38,126 nt of DNA, from IMG/VR virus record IMGVR_UViG_3300038520_000467, positions 1 through 38,126 of that record, one strand, 5' to 3'. Below the pieces are notes generated by a model, which had not been told where the DNA came from, did not search any database, and was given only the letters and a program-made list of their open reading frames with translations. Made by a program: the position numbers and the translations under genes. Positions 27,517 to 37,347 of the stretch are shown one piece after another. The stretch comes from a virus. Lineage: Duplodnaviria > Caudoviricetes. Position 1 is the first letter of the stretch, and each line of letters begins with the position of its first letter.

Positions 27517-28019
27517 TGCCTAAGAAATTTTCAAGAACTATAAAAGATAGAGCGTTTAAGTTATACTTAGCTGATGAATATTCTGTGCCTGAAATAGCAC
27601 AACAAATATCTGCAGAGCATAGAACAGTGGTAAACGCTCAAACTATTTATGCGTGGATTAGAACTGATGATTGGAAAGTTAAAAAAGCCGAAACTTTAAG
27701 TAAAGCTGTAGAAAAAGTTCAAGAGAGTGAATCTACAAAGCTCGCTAGGATGCAAGAAGAACATCAGGAACTATACAAAGGTATTAGAGATAAAGCTGGT
27801 GTAGAACTAAACTCACTAACTTTTGAGAGAGCTTTTGATGCAGTTAAAGCATTAGATATAGGTATACAGGGAGAAAGACAAGTTGCTGAGGGTTTGATTA
27901 ATGTTCAGTTTATTCAGGATGTAGTTAACATACTAGTAGAGGAAATAGAAGACCCAGACTTAATTAAAAAGATAGCGGCTAAACTAAAAGTCTTAATGGC
28001 ATCAAAAGATAATGAGTGA
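27516..28019 (+). CDS. Terminase small subunit (putative)
   Basis: N-terminal HTH (AFKLYL...SVPEIAQQI...TIYAWIRTDDW) plus helical region, overlapping TerL; start moved to ATG 27516. Confidence 0.7.
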   Translation: MPKKFSRTIKDRAFKLYLADEYSVPEIAQQISAEHRTVVNAQTIYAWIRTDDWKVKKAETLSKAVEKVQESESTKLARMQEEHQELYKGIRDKAGVELNSLTFERAFDAVKALDIGIQGERQVAEGLINVQFIQDVVNILVEEIEDPDLIKKIAAKLKVLMASKDNE

Positions 28020-29655
28020 CGATTTAACCACATATGATAAAGCCTTTGAATTACTTGCAGAAAAACTTGAAAAAAGTAATAAATATAAGATAGGTAGTTT
28101 TTGGGAGTTTACTAGAGATATATGGTCTCAGGGATTTGAACATCCAGAATATTTTCAAGCATGGCATGTAGCTAAATTAACAGAAGAAGTAGAAAAATGT
28201 ATTGAAGATGGTCTTAACTATTTAGCTATTTTACCTAGAGCACACTTTAAATCTACTATACTAGGACATGCTTTTAGTATTTGGAGAAGTTTAAAGATTC
28301 AAGGAAATGCTAATATTTTATATTTATCTTACAGTGATACTATGGCTAAGTATCATATATCTGAAATAAACAAAGAAGTAAATCGTAATCCTTTATTGAA
28401 AGATATGATGACTAATAGAGCTCCAAAAGCAGATTTTACTTTTAGATATGATACAGGTAATGGTGGCAGTGCTGAAATATTACATGGAGGGTTGTTTTCT
28501 TTCAAAAGAGGTATGCACGTTAATGGGGCGTTAATTGCTGATGACATACTAAAAGACCCTGAAAGTCCTTTAGCATTAGGACAAATGAATAAAATTGAAG
28601 ACCACTTTTTAACAGAGTCTTTATTTATACCTAATCAAGGGGTGCCTGTGGTAATAGTGGGAACTCCAATGATGCCGGGAGATTTACTTACAGTGCTAGA
28701 AAAAGATGATAGATTTGTTTCTAGAAAAATGCCAGCATTAGACCCTGAGCCGGGCAGAAGAGTATTGATGCCTGAATTATATAGTGAAGAGTGGTTATTA
28801 GAACAGCAAAAAGCTAAACCTAAATCGTTTGCATCAGAGTTTTTATTACAACCACACTTTAATACAGAAGCATACTTTGATTCTGAAGATATAGAAAAGT
28901 GTGAAGACGCAAACTTAAGGTCTTTACCTACAACTGTACAACATACCTTTGCAGATGATGAAGATATATTTGCAGGATTTGACGTGGGTAAAAAAAGACA
29001 CCCATCTCATTTAGTTGTATTTAGAAGAAAAGGTGAACGTGTAGAACAGATACATCAGTCTTGGTTAGATGGTTGGGATTATTCAGAACAAATAGAATAT
29101 TTAAATGAAGCCGCAAGAAACTTCGGGCTTACAAAAGGTTATATAGATAATACGAGAGGAGAGTTAGAAGATAGGGGATTAGATAGAACATGGTATCCTT
29201 TATCTTTTAGTTTAAAGTCTAAAAACAATATGGCACATATATTTGAACAGTATGTGCATTCAGGTAATTTATTTTTACTTAGAGATAGTAGACAAAGACA
29301 ACAGATACTATCAGTTAACAATGAATTGAAAGCTCCAGAGACTCCGATGGGTCACGGAGATGCTTTCTTTTCTATAGCAATGGCACTACAAGCTGCATAT
29401 GAAACAGGTATTTATAACATGCAAGCTGTGGGTGATTTACAAGAGTTTGTTAGTGACATAGACCCATCATTAAAATATCAAAATATTGATAAAAATAAGC
29501 CAGAAAAGTTAATCGATTTTGATAAAAACGTGTATAATGATAATAGCAAAAACTTAAAAGCACCCAATCCAAATTGTACAGAGGACTTCTGTGGTCCCTC
29601 ATTATGGGTGCCGGCTAGGGGTTTGTGCCTTTATTGCAATTATAAAAAATCATAG
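28012..29655 (+). CDS. terL: Terminase large subunit
   Basis: Walker A LPRAHFKST, Walker B LIADDIL, VGTP, nuclease GFDVG and HGDAFFS. Confidence 0.9.
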   Translation: MSDDLTTYDKAFELLAEKLEKSNKYKIGSFWEFTRDIWSQGFEHPEYFQAWHVAKLTEEVEKCIEDGLNYLAILPRAHFKSTILGHAFSIWRSLKIQGNANILYLSYSDTMAKYHISEINKEVNRNPLLKDMMTNRAPKADFTFRYDTGNGGSAEILHGGLFSFKRGMHVNGALIADDILKDPESPLALGQMNKIEDHFLTESLFIPNQGVPVVIVGTPMMPGDLLTVLEKDDRFVSRKMPALDPEPGRRVLMPELYSEEWLLEQQKAKPKSFASEFLLQPHFNTEAYFDSEDIEKCEDANLRSLPTTVQHTFADDEDIFAGFDVGKKRHPSHLVVFRRKGERVEQIHQSWLDGWDYSEQIEYLNEAARNFGLTKGYIDNTRGELEDRGLDRTWYPLSFSLKSKNNMAHIFEQYVHSGNLFLLRDSRQRQQILSVNNELKAPETPMGHGDAFFSIAMALQAAYETGIYNMQAVGDLQEFVSDIDPSLKYQNIDKNKPEKLIDFDKNVYNDNSKNLKAPNPNCTEDFCGPSLWVPARGLCLYCNYKKS

Positions 29656-29674
29656 TAACCATAGGAGGTTCATT

Positions 29675-31546
29675 TTGGTCACGTTAACACAACAAGCAGA
29701 AACAGTAGCGTCAAAGAGATATTATTTAAAAGACGAGTCAGGTGAACCTGAAGAAAACGCAAACACATTATTAGAAAGAGTAGCTAAAGCTATTGCATCT
29801 TCTGAAAAATTATATGGTAAATCAGATGCAGATGTAGAGTTAACTACTAAAGAATTTTACGACATGATGACAGAGTTAAATTTTATACCTAACTCCCCGA
29901 CACTTATGAATGCTGGTACAGAACAGGGTACATTATCTGCATGCTTTGTATTACCGTTAGAAGACAGCATGGAAGACATTATGAAGGCAGCTCACGACAT
30001 AGCTATGGTACAAAAGTTTGGTGGTGGGACAGGTTTTGCTTTAAGTAAACTACGACCACGAGGCGACAAGATAAAGACTACACATGGTATCGCATGTGGT
30101 CCAATACAAGTATTACAAACACTATCTAGAGTATCATCTATGATTACACAGGGTGGTAAAAGAGATGGTGCAAACATGGCAGTAATGTCAGTATACCACC
30201 CAGATATATTAGAGTTTATTGATTGTAAAAAAGTAGAGGGTGATATACATAACTTCAACATATCAGTAGGTGTAGACTCTAACTTTATGAAAGCTGTAGA
30301 AGCTAATCTTAATTACCCACTGATTAATCCAAAGAGTAAACAAGTAGTTGGTGAACTAAATGCAAAAGAAGTATTTGATAAGATGGTATATGGTGCATGG
30401 AGAAATGGGGAACCGGGTATGATTTTCTTAGATGAAGTAAATAAAGATAATCATGTCACAGAAGAATATGGCGAAATGATTGCCACTAATCCATGTGGTG
30501 AACAACCATTGTTAGGAAATGAATCTTGTAACCTAGGGTCAATTAATTTAGCTAACTTTGTAGAATCTAGAGAAGTAAGACCTTACATTAAGTGGGATGA
30601 ATTAAGAACCACTATTAAAACAGCTACACGATTCTTAGACAATGTGATTGATGCAAACAAATATGCAACTCCAGAAATAGAAAAAATGACTAAGGCTACA
30701 AGAAAAATAGGTTTAGGTATTATGGGATTTGCAGATATGCTTACACAACTTAGAGTATCGTATGATTCTAAAGAAGGTAGGAAGATAGGGTCTGATATAA
30801 TGAGGTTCTTAAAAACTCATGCAGACCAAGCATCTAAAGATTTAGCAGAAGAAAGAGGAACTTTCCCCGCATGGGATAACAGTGATTACGGTGAAGATGA
30901 AAAATACAGAAACGCTTGCCGACTAACTGTAGCCCCTACAGGAACTATCTCTATGTTTGCTGATGCATCTAGCGGAGTAGAACCACTATTCTCTTTAGCG
31001 TACAGAAAGATGAACATATTAGAAGGGGAGACTCTTTACTATGTAAACAAATACTTTGAACAAGATGCTAAAGAAATGGGTTTTTATTCAGAAGAACTTA
31101 TGGAATACTTATCTGATGGTGGTTCGTTAAAAGATAGAACAGAAGTGCCAGATGAAATAAAAGAAATCTATACAACAGCACCTGAAATATCTCCTGAAGC
31201 ACATGTAGGAATGCAAGCAGCTTTTCAAGAACACTGTGACTCTGGGATATCTAAGACGATAAACTTTGCAAATGATGCTACAATAGAAGATGTGTATACA
31301 ACTTATATGCTAGCTTGGAAGACAAAATGTAAAGGAATTACAGTTTACAGAGCGGGTAGTAGAGATAAAGAAGTATTAGTAACTGCACACAAATCAGAGG
31401 AAACAAATGCCCCTGAAACAGAAGAACAACTTAATTTCTTTCAAGAGATAGAAGAAGCAGACTGTTGTGTAGAACCTAACATAGTAATGGAGTCTGGTTG
31501 TAAAACATGTAAAACATGTGGTTGGAGTGCTTGTCACATAGCATAA
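29675..31546 (+). CDS. nrdJ: Class II (adenosylcobalamin-dependent) ribonucleotide reductase
   Basis: [32 protein letters not shown]-terminal [15 protein letters not shown]; no beta subunit nearby; TTG start after AGGAGG. Confidence 0.9.
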   Translation: MVTLTQQAETVASKRYYLKDESGEPEENANTLLERVAKAIASSEKLYGKSDADVELTTKEFYDMMTELNFIPNSPTLMNAGTEQGTLSACFVLPLEDSMEDIMKAAHDIAMVQKFGGGTGFALSKLRPRGDKIKTTHGIACGPIQVLQTLSRVSSMITQGGKRDGANMAVMSVYHPDILEFIDCKKVEGDIHNFNISVGVDSNFMKAVEANLNYPLINPKSKQVVGELNAKEVFDKMVYGAWRNGEPGMIFLDEVNKDNHVTEEYGEMIATNPCGEQPLLGNESCNLGSINLANFVESREVRPYIKWDELRTTIKTATRFLDNVIDANKYATPEIEKMTKATRKIGLGIMGFADMLTQLRVSYDSKEGRKIGSDIMRFLKTHADQASKDLAEERGTFPAWDNSDYGEDEKYRNACRLTVAPTGTISMFADASSGVEPLFSLAYRKMNILEGETLYYVNKYFEQDAKEMGFYSEELMEYLSDGGSLKDRTEVPDEIKEIYTTAPEISPEAHVGMQAAFQEHCDSGISKTINFANDATIEDVYTTYMLAWKTKCKGITVYRAGSRDKEVLVTAHKSEETNAPETEEQLNFFQEIEEADCCVEPNIVMESGCKTCKTCGWSACHIA

Positions 31547-31567
31547 ATTCACAGTTTTAGCAAAAAA

Positions 31568-31578
31568 TAGTATAATAA
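31568..31578 (+). promoter_or_regulatory. TAGTATAATAA putative late promoter (copy 7)
   Basis: Intergenic, followed by AGGAG and ATG 31595. Confidence 0.75.
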
Positions 31579-31594
31579 TAGTAGGAGAAAAGAT

Positions 31595-32011
31595 ATGCCT
31601 ATAGGTAATATGTTAAGAGACAGACAAGAACAGTATGTCGCACAAAAAGACGGCACTGGTACTTGGAGAATACTCGATACTTGGCATGAGGATTTAACTA
31701 AATTAGACCCTGAAGATGAGATAGATGATGCTAGTGAAGCAGTTACAGTCTTATCTGAAGGTAGTTTTCTAGCTTTAGTTAGAGAAGCAACAAGATTAGG
31801 GGTGCTACAAAACGCTGCTCTAATGGAGAATGATGCTTTAGCTGACCAAGTAGCAGAGTTAAAAGAAGAAAACGATAGATTAAAAATACAAATTGAGACT
31901 ACCCCTGCAGTTGAAGTCACACATGAAGAAAAAGCAGGGTTAAAACAACATGCAATAGACACAATAGCTAAGATAGTAGCTATAGATAGTGTTGAAATAA
32001 CTAAGGAATAG
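31595..32011 (+). CDS. Hypothetical acidic coiled-coil protein
   Basis: 138 aa, good RBS, directly upstream of the portal. Confidence 0.7.
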   Translation: MPIGNMLRDRQEQYVAQKDGTGTWRILDTWHEDLTKLDPEDEIDDASEAVTVLSEGSFLALVREATRLGVLQNAALMENDALADQVAELKEENDRLKIQIETTPAVEVTHEEKAGLKQHAIDTIAKIVAIDSVEITKE

Positions 32012-32016
32012 GGTAT

Positions 32017-33999
32017 ATGAAATTAGGAGAATATCTTCCAGAAGTTCCTGAAATGGCAAAGTCCATGGGAAAACTTGGTTCTCAGATAGATATGTTTGGG
32101 GACATGATGGAGTTGAGTAAAGCTGCTGGAGATACAGGTAGTGGACCAACATTCGGTGTTGATTACATAGTAAATACTTATGTAAGAAATCAACTTGCAT
32201 ATAGAAAACAATTAATTCAAGACTTACAAACCGTAGCGTATACTTGTGAAGAATTAAGAGCCCCTATAATGCACATTACTGGTGAGGTGTTTAGACGAGG
32301 TATAGAGTTTGAACCCTTAAAAGAAGACCCCGATGAAAGTCAATTAGACAGAATAAAATTATTTTTAGAAGACTGTAATGTTTTTGACCAAGGACTTGAA
32401 GAGGTTTTAAGACAGTTTCACTGGGATTTAAACACTGTAGATGATGCGTTTTTATACTTTGCAAAAGAATATTATGATGGGGGAGATGGTAAGTTAACTT
32501 CTAGAGTTACTGAGATTAGAAGAATTAATCCTGCACTTATAGAATTTGACTTAGACGAAACAGGATTACCTAAAAACTCACATTTCTTTTGCCCTATACA
32601 CAGAGAGCAAATAAAAGAATCTCCAGAAGAATGCCCTGAAGAAGATTGTAAACAAACTTTACAACCTGCTATGTATAGATATTTATACAGAACAGAAGTA
32701 CATTACTTTTTAGATACTGAGATTGTACACTTATCTAAATTTAACCCAACCGAAACTTATGGTTGGTCACCTATTTTAACAATATTTGAAAAAGCTCTAA
32801 CCTTAATTGGTATGGATAGAAACTTATACAGATATTTCTTTGAAAGAAAAATGCCTGCATCTATGGTTATGGTAACCACAGATGACCCAGAAAGTTTAAA
32901 AAGAGAACGTGAAGCACTTGCTGCAAAAACAAGGCAAGACCCTAACTACATACCTATGATTGCTGTATCTTCTAGAACAAATAGAGGTAGAGTAGACATG
33001 GTAAGACTATTCCACACACTACAAGAGATGGATTACTTACCAGTAAGAGCTGAAATACGGGAAAGAGTATCTGCTATATATGGTGTATCACCAGTATTCC
33101 AAGGAGCACCTGACTCATTTGGTGGATTAACGCAACAAACTTTACAATTAACAGTAATGAGTAGGGTTGTTGAAAGAGACCAAAGACAAATCATGGAAAA
33201 GATATTTGGGGCTATAGTAGATAATTTTGGTATTACAGATTTTAAAATGGTTCTACCAAACCCAGAAGAAAAAGCAGAGGCTACACGAATTGCTCAATCT
33301 CAACAAAGAGCAGCCATAGCTAACCAAATGTTAAACATGGGCTTTGATGTAGCACTTAATGGCAATAAATTAAAGATTGATGAGCTTGACTTTGTGGTGA
33401 GTGGGGATGCTGTTCCTACAGCTAAACTACAGGGAGAACAACAAGCGTTGGCTCTTGAACAAGCTGAAATGCAAGTTGCTCAAGCCCAAGCAATGCAAGA
33501 AATGCAAGCTGAACAAGCTGGTCAAGAGGCTGGTCAAGAAGCTCCTCAAGAACAGGGTACAGATGAAATGCCAAAGGATGAAAATCCAGAGGAAGAAGGT
33601 TCACGAGAAGAGCCTATTGAAAATGCCGTAACAGATATACCTGAACGAATAGCTAATATAGAATCTAAAAATATTAAAAATCCTGACTTAAGAAAAGGTG
33701 TGACTACATCCACATGGATTGATAGTCTAGCAGAGCAAGGTTATCAGTTTCCTATAATTAAAGAAGTGTCTGCAGATGGACGACAAATATGGTTTTCTAA
33801 TGGTGGAGAAGAATATGTAGGAAACTTAGGAGGCTCTGGTATTAATAATATAGAAAAGGCTTACTTTGGAAACCCAGTGTTCTCTGAAGCAGGCGGTAAA
33901 AAATATGTAGGTGACCAGTATCAATATGAAAGTGGGGATGGAAGTTCTAAACCTAAAGCTGTAAACGTAGAGCGATATGATGATGAGGACGATGACTAA
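32017..33999 (+). CDS. Portal protein
   Basis: DLNTVDDAFLY, EIVHLSKF....YGWSPI, YFFERKMP, IRERVSAIYGVSP match HK97-type portal motifs; Q/E-rich C-terminal extension. Confidence 0.85.
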   Translation: MKLGEYLPEVPEMAKSMGKLGSQIDMFGDMMELSKAAGDTGSGPTFGVDYIVNTYVRNQLAYRKQLIQDLQTVAYTCEELRAPIMHITGEVFRRGIEFEPLKEDPDESQLDRIKLFLEDCNVFDQGLEEVLRQFHWDLNTVDDAFLYFAKEYYDGGDGKLTSRVTEIRRINPALIEFDLDETGLPKNSHFFCPIHREQIKESPEECPEEDCKQTLQPAMYRYLYRTEVHYFLDTEIVHLSKFNPTETYGWSPILTIFEKALTLIGMDRNLYRYFFERKMPASMVMVTTDDPESLKREREALAAKTRQDPNYIPMIAVSSRTNRGRVDMVRLFHTLQEMDYLPVRAEIRERVSAIYGVSPVFQGAPDSFGGLTQQTLQLTVMSRVVERDQRQIMEKIFGAIVDNFGITDFKMVLPNPEEKAEATRIAQSQQRAAIANQMLNMGFDVALNGNKLKIDELDFVVSGDAVPTAKLQGEQQALALEQAEMQVAQAQAMQEMQAEQAGQEAGQEAPQEQGTDEMPKDENPEEEGSREEPIENAVTDIPERIANIESKNIKNPDLRKGVTTSTWIDSLAEQGYQFPIIKEVSADGRQIWFSNGGEEYVGNLGGSGINNIEKAYFGNPVFSEAGGKKYVGDQYQYESGDGSSKPKAVNVERYDDEDDD

Positions 34000-35150
34000 T
34001 GGCTAAGAAAATTAAATTTTCTCCTAAAGATACTAAGTATTCTAAACTGCCTAAGTCAGCAGCACCAAAGTCACCTAACGAACCAGATGAATATGAAGAC
34101 CATTCTTATAGCCATAGGGAAGTACGACCCGATGGTGCTACAGTGTACTACTATGATAATGGTGTAAAAGCCATACATCATCCTAAAAAAACTGGTGCAG
34201 ATTATCACAGAAGAGCTTCTAAACATCATTCCGAAAAAGCTCAAGAATTTATTGATGCTAAAAAAACTGAAAGTGCTTTGTCTCATCTTAAAGCAAGGGT
34301 AGGGCACAGATTAGCAGCAAAGAAAAAAGAAGATGAAGAGTCTAAAGTAGATAAATTATACAAAGACTTTGGAGGGGCAGATTCAGGAGCAGGAGATATA
34401 GTGGCTGTTTCATCTGACCCCGGTATATTTACAGAAACTTATAGTGGTACTAAATCAAAAAAGAAAAAGTCTAAAAAAGATAAAGTAGAAGAGAACAAAG
34501 AAAATAAAAAGAAAGCAAGTGGTCCAGATAAATTAGACAAGTGGTTAGAGGACACCCAAGAAAAAACTCTGGATTTAATGTCAATCACTAAAACTGATGC
34601 TAAGAAATATGATTTAGGGCGTACAGGTGGTCTTACTCCTGATGCATCTATAAAAACTTCAGAAGAAGAAAGAGATGTAGAGGAGTTTATGGAGACTAGA
34701 AGTAAGAACGCAGAGAACAGGGCTATGGGCATAAAGGAAACTAAGAACGGTGATATAAAAATTGATGAGTCTATCCACCTTTCTAAGACACAACAGTTTA
34801 GTAAATATGTAATAAACTTAATTAATGATGTTCGTCTTGACTTGCAAAAAGAAGATGCTAAAGAAAATGAAGAAGAAGTTATGTATGAAGATGGCAGAGA
34901 TGAATTAGATAGACTTAGACTTGAAGAATTACTTGACAATCTTACTAAAATGGAAACTGATTGGTCAAAAAGCAAAAAAGATGATAAACTAAATAATATG
35001 CCTTTTTTAGGTAGTTATAAAAAGTCGGTAGAGGGTAGGAGAGAAAATCCTCCACCACAAGTAGAAAAGCAATATGGGGCAAAAAGAAGCCCTAGACCTG
35101 ACCCAAATGGGTATAGGAATCCACCAAACAGGAGGGTTCCAAAGGATTAA
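33999..35150 (+). CDS. Highly charged hypothetical head-module protein
   Basis: 383 aa, K/E/D-rich low complexity, TAATG-coupled to the portal. Confidence 0.65.
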   Translation: MAKKIKFSPKDTKYSKLPKSAAPKSPNEPDEYEDHSYSHREVRPDGATVYYYDNGVKAIHHPKKTGADYHRRASKHHSEKAQEFIDAKKTESALSHLKARVGHRLAAKKKEDEESKVDKLYKDFGGADSGAGDIVAVSSDPGIFTETYSGTKSKKKKSKKDKVEENKENKKKASGPDKLDKWLEDTQEKTLDLMSITKTDAKKYDLGRTGGLTPDASIKTSEEERDVEEFMETRSKNAENRAMGIKETKNGDIKIDESIHLSKTQQFSKYVINLINDVRLDLQKEDAKENEEEVMYEDGRDELDRLRLEELLDNLTKMETDWSKSKKDDKLNNMPFLGSYKKSVEGRRENPPPQVEKQYGAKRSPRPDPNGYRNPPNRRVPKD

Positions 35151-35162
35151 GAGGAGAATAGC

Positions 35163-36521
35163 ATGACAACATTCGTCATTCCAGAAGAGGCAAAGGAAGA
35201 GATAGTAAAGAGAAAAATGGCAGGAGCAACATGGAGTGCTCTATCAAGATGGGTAGAAGATAGATGGGGTGTAGCAGTTCATAGAACTACACTACAGAAG
35301 TGGTATGATAGAGAAGTAGAGTTACTCGATGAACAACAGTCAGAAGACATGGAAGATATGCAGACAGACTTTACACCTGAAGCACATGTCAAAATGGCTA
35401 GGAAGATAGAAACTTATAAAGGTGAAGCTAGATACTGGAAGAAAGTTGCGGAAGCAGCTATCAAAAAAGAAGCTAAAGAAGATTTATTAGTAGACTCTAT
35501 CAAAAAATTTACCCCTTCATATAAAGAAGTAAAAAAGTATAAACGCCGAAAACCCACAGGTAAAATAAAAGGCAACAGTGTACAGTCTATGATTGCACCT
35601 CTTACAGATACCCACATTGGAGACAATGTTGAGTCAGAAGAAATGATGGGTTTGAATGAGTACAATATTGATATATTTAATAAAAGACTTTATGGATGGG
35701 CAAACCAAGTTATTACATTAGCAGAACTCAGACGTAATTCCGCAGAGGTTGGAGAGCTTATAGTTCCGATGCTGGGAGATATGATTAGTGGAGACATCCA
35801 TGAAGAATTAGCTAGAACTAACAATGACCATTGTATGGGACAAATGATTAGAGGGGCTAACCTTATATCACAAGCACTAATGCTTATTGCTCCACACTTT
35901 GATAAAGTAAGAGTTCCATGTGTAGTTGGTAATCATGGTCGGATGACTAGAAAACCACCTATGAAAAATAAGTATATGGATTGGGATTACATGTTGTATC
36001 AATGGATATCTGTGTTCTGTCAAAATCAAAAGAACATAGAATTTCACATACCTAAAACATTTATGACTACGATTGACGTATGTAACAGAAATATATTGTT
36101 AGCTCACGGAGATTTTATTAGTGGTGGTGGTAGTGGCACTGCAATCAACCGAGGTGTAAGCAATATGCGAAATGTTCTTTCATTTAGGAAAGGTCTAAAA
36201 GAAGAACTTAATCATATACAGGATAACAGTTTAGAAAATGTGCCTGATAATTATGACTCAGCTTTACTAGGGCACTTCCACAGAATAGATGAGATAGATA
36301 TTGGTACAGGTGCAGTTCACATATGTGGTTGCATGAAAGGTGGAGATGAATTTGCAATGCAAAGAGTCCAAGCTATTAATAAACCGAGACAGTTAGTCCT
36401 ATATTATCACCCTAAATACGGCGAAATTGGTAAAGAAATTATATACTTAAACAGATATGACTCTCGTAAGGGTCAGTTCAATGACACATTACCTGATGTT
36501 TGGTCTAAAACTTTTAGCTAA
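35163..36521 (+). CDS. Calcineurin-like metallophosphoesterase with N-terminal HTH
   Basis: DTHIG, GDMISG, GNHGR, HGD, GHFH motifs; N-terminal TWSALSRWV...HRTTLQKW. Confidence 0.85.
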   Translation: MTTFVIPEEAKEEIVKRKMAGATWSALSRWVEDRWGVAVHRTTLQKWYDREVELLDEQQSEDMEDMQTDFTPEAHVKMARKIETYKGEARYWKKVAEAAIKKEAKEDLLVDSIKKFTPSYKEVKKYKRRKPTGKIKGNSVQSMIAPLTDTHIGDNVESEEMMGLNEYNIDIFNKRLYGWANQVITLAELRRNSAEVGELIVPMLGDMISGDIHEELARTNNDHCMGQMIRGANLISQALMLIAPHFDKVRVPCVVGNHGRMTRKPPMKNKYMDWDYMLYQWISVFCQNQKNIEFHIPKTFMTTIDVCNRNILLAHGDFISGGGSGTAINRGVSNMRNVLSFRKGLKEELNHIQDNSLENVPDNYDSALLGHFHRIDEIDIGTGAVHICGCMKGGDEFAMQRVQAINKPRQLVLYYHPKYGEIGKEIIYLNRYDSRKGQFNDTLPDVWSKTFS

Positions 36522-36534
36522 ATAGGTTCAAATC

Positions 36535-36544
36535 AGTATAATAA
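36535..36544 (+). promoter_or_regulatory. AGTATAATAA putative late promoter (copy 8)
   Basis: Ends 3 nt before ATG 36548; no SD present. Confidence 0.7.
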
Positions 36545-36547
36545 AGT

Positions 36548-36958
36548 ATGGATGAAGAACTAATTATCAATACATACTTTAAACAGGCGGCTTTAAAAGC
36601 TATAGAAGCCACAGTGCGTCAAGTATTTGCTACTTCTTTGCAAAAATGTCCGTTTAAAACTGGTAGACTTAGAAACTCTGCAAGTATTATTAGTGCTAAC
36701 CCAGCAGCAGGACAATTTGTAGTTGGTTATAACACAAATGACACAGCTCCTTATGCTGAATTAGTTGAAAAAGGAGGCACTGTTGCTGGACACTTTAGAA
36801 AAAGTCGTAAGACAGGGCAACCATACCCTGTTCAAAGCTATGATGTGCCCGGTAGTTTCTATTTAAGAGACGCTATAAGCGAAACTTTGAGCGGTAACTA
36901 CAATGAAATAGTGGTGACTGCAAATGTAGATAGTCAAGGCTTCAGTATTACTTTATAG
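36548..36958 (+). CDS. HK97 gp10-like neck/tail completion protein
   Basis: CPFKTGRLRNS...APYAELVEKG...FYLRDAI pattern. Confidence 0.7.
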   Translation: MDEELIINTYFKQAALKAIEATVRQVFATSLQKCPFKTGRLRNSASIISANPAAGQFVVGYNTNDTAPYAELVEKGGTVAGHFRKSRKTGQPYPVQSYDVPGSFYLRDAISETLSGNYNEIVVTANVDSQGFSITL

Positions 36959-36970
36959 AAAGAGGAAAAG

Positions 36971-37183
36971 ATGGAAGAATTAGAAATTACACAAAATCAA
37001 GAGTGGATTATAGCAAAACACTCTAGAATGGTAGGAAAAGTATTAGATTTAGTAGAGGCAGCTATGCCAGAAGGCAAACAGTGCGAAAAACTTAAAAAAT
37101 TATTACAAGTTCCCCTATATGATTTTAGAAATGACATGTTACGTTTAGAAAACGGCGAAGCAGATACTGATATCGTAGAATAA
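36971..37183 (+). CDS. Hypothetical protein
   Basis: 70 aa, GAGG RBS. Confidence 0.7.
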   Translation: MEELEITQNQEWIIAKHSRMVGKVLDLVEAAMPEGKQCEKLKKLLQVPLYDFRNDMLRLENGEADTDIVE

Positions 37184-37214
37184 CGCTTATATTTTTTTAT
37201 ATTTATACTTAAAT

Positions 37215-37225
37215 TAGTATAATAA
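37215..37225 (+). promoter_or_regulatory. TAGTATAATAA putative late promoter (copy 9)
   Basis: In the longest intergenic gap, with an AT-rich upstream tract. Confidence 0.75.
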
Positions 37226-37232
37226 AAGTGAC

Positions 37233-37253
37233 TATAAAATATAATATTTTATA
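37233..37253. repeat. Perfect inverted repeat TATAAAATAT-A-ATATTTTATA
   Basis: 10-bp arms with a 1-nt spacer, just downstream of the promoter motif. Confidence 0.75.
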
Positions 37254-37347
37254 TATATTGTGAACAAGGTCGGAGGTGGCTTAGACCAACCTTTTTCTGG
37301 TCGAACAAGTTTTTTAATAAACAAAACCTTAAAACAAGGAGGCTATA

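Noticed and set aside
37184-37347. tRNA or known riboswitch in the largest intergenic gap
   Set aside because: No cloverleaf, T-loop or riboswitch consensus recognisable by eye
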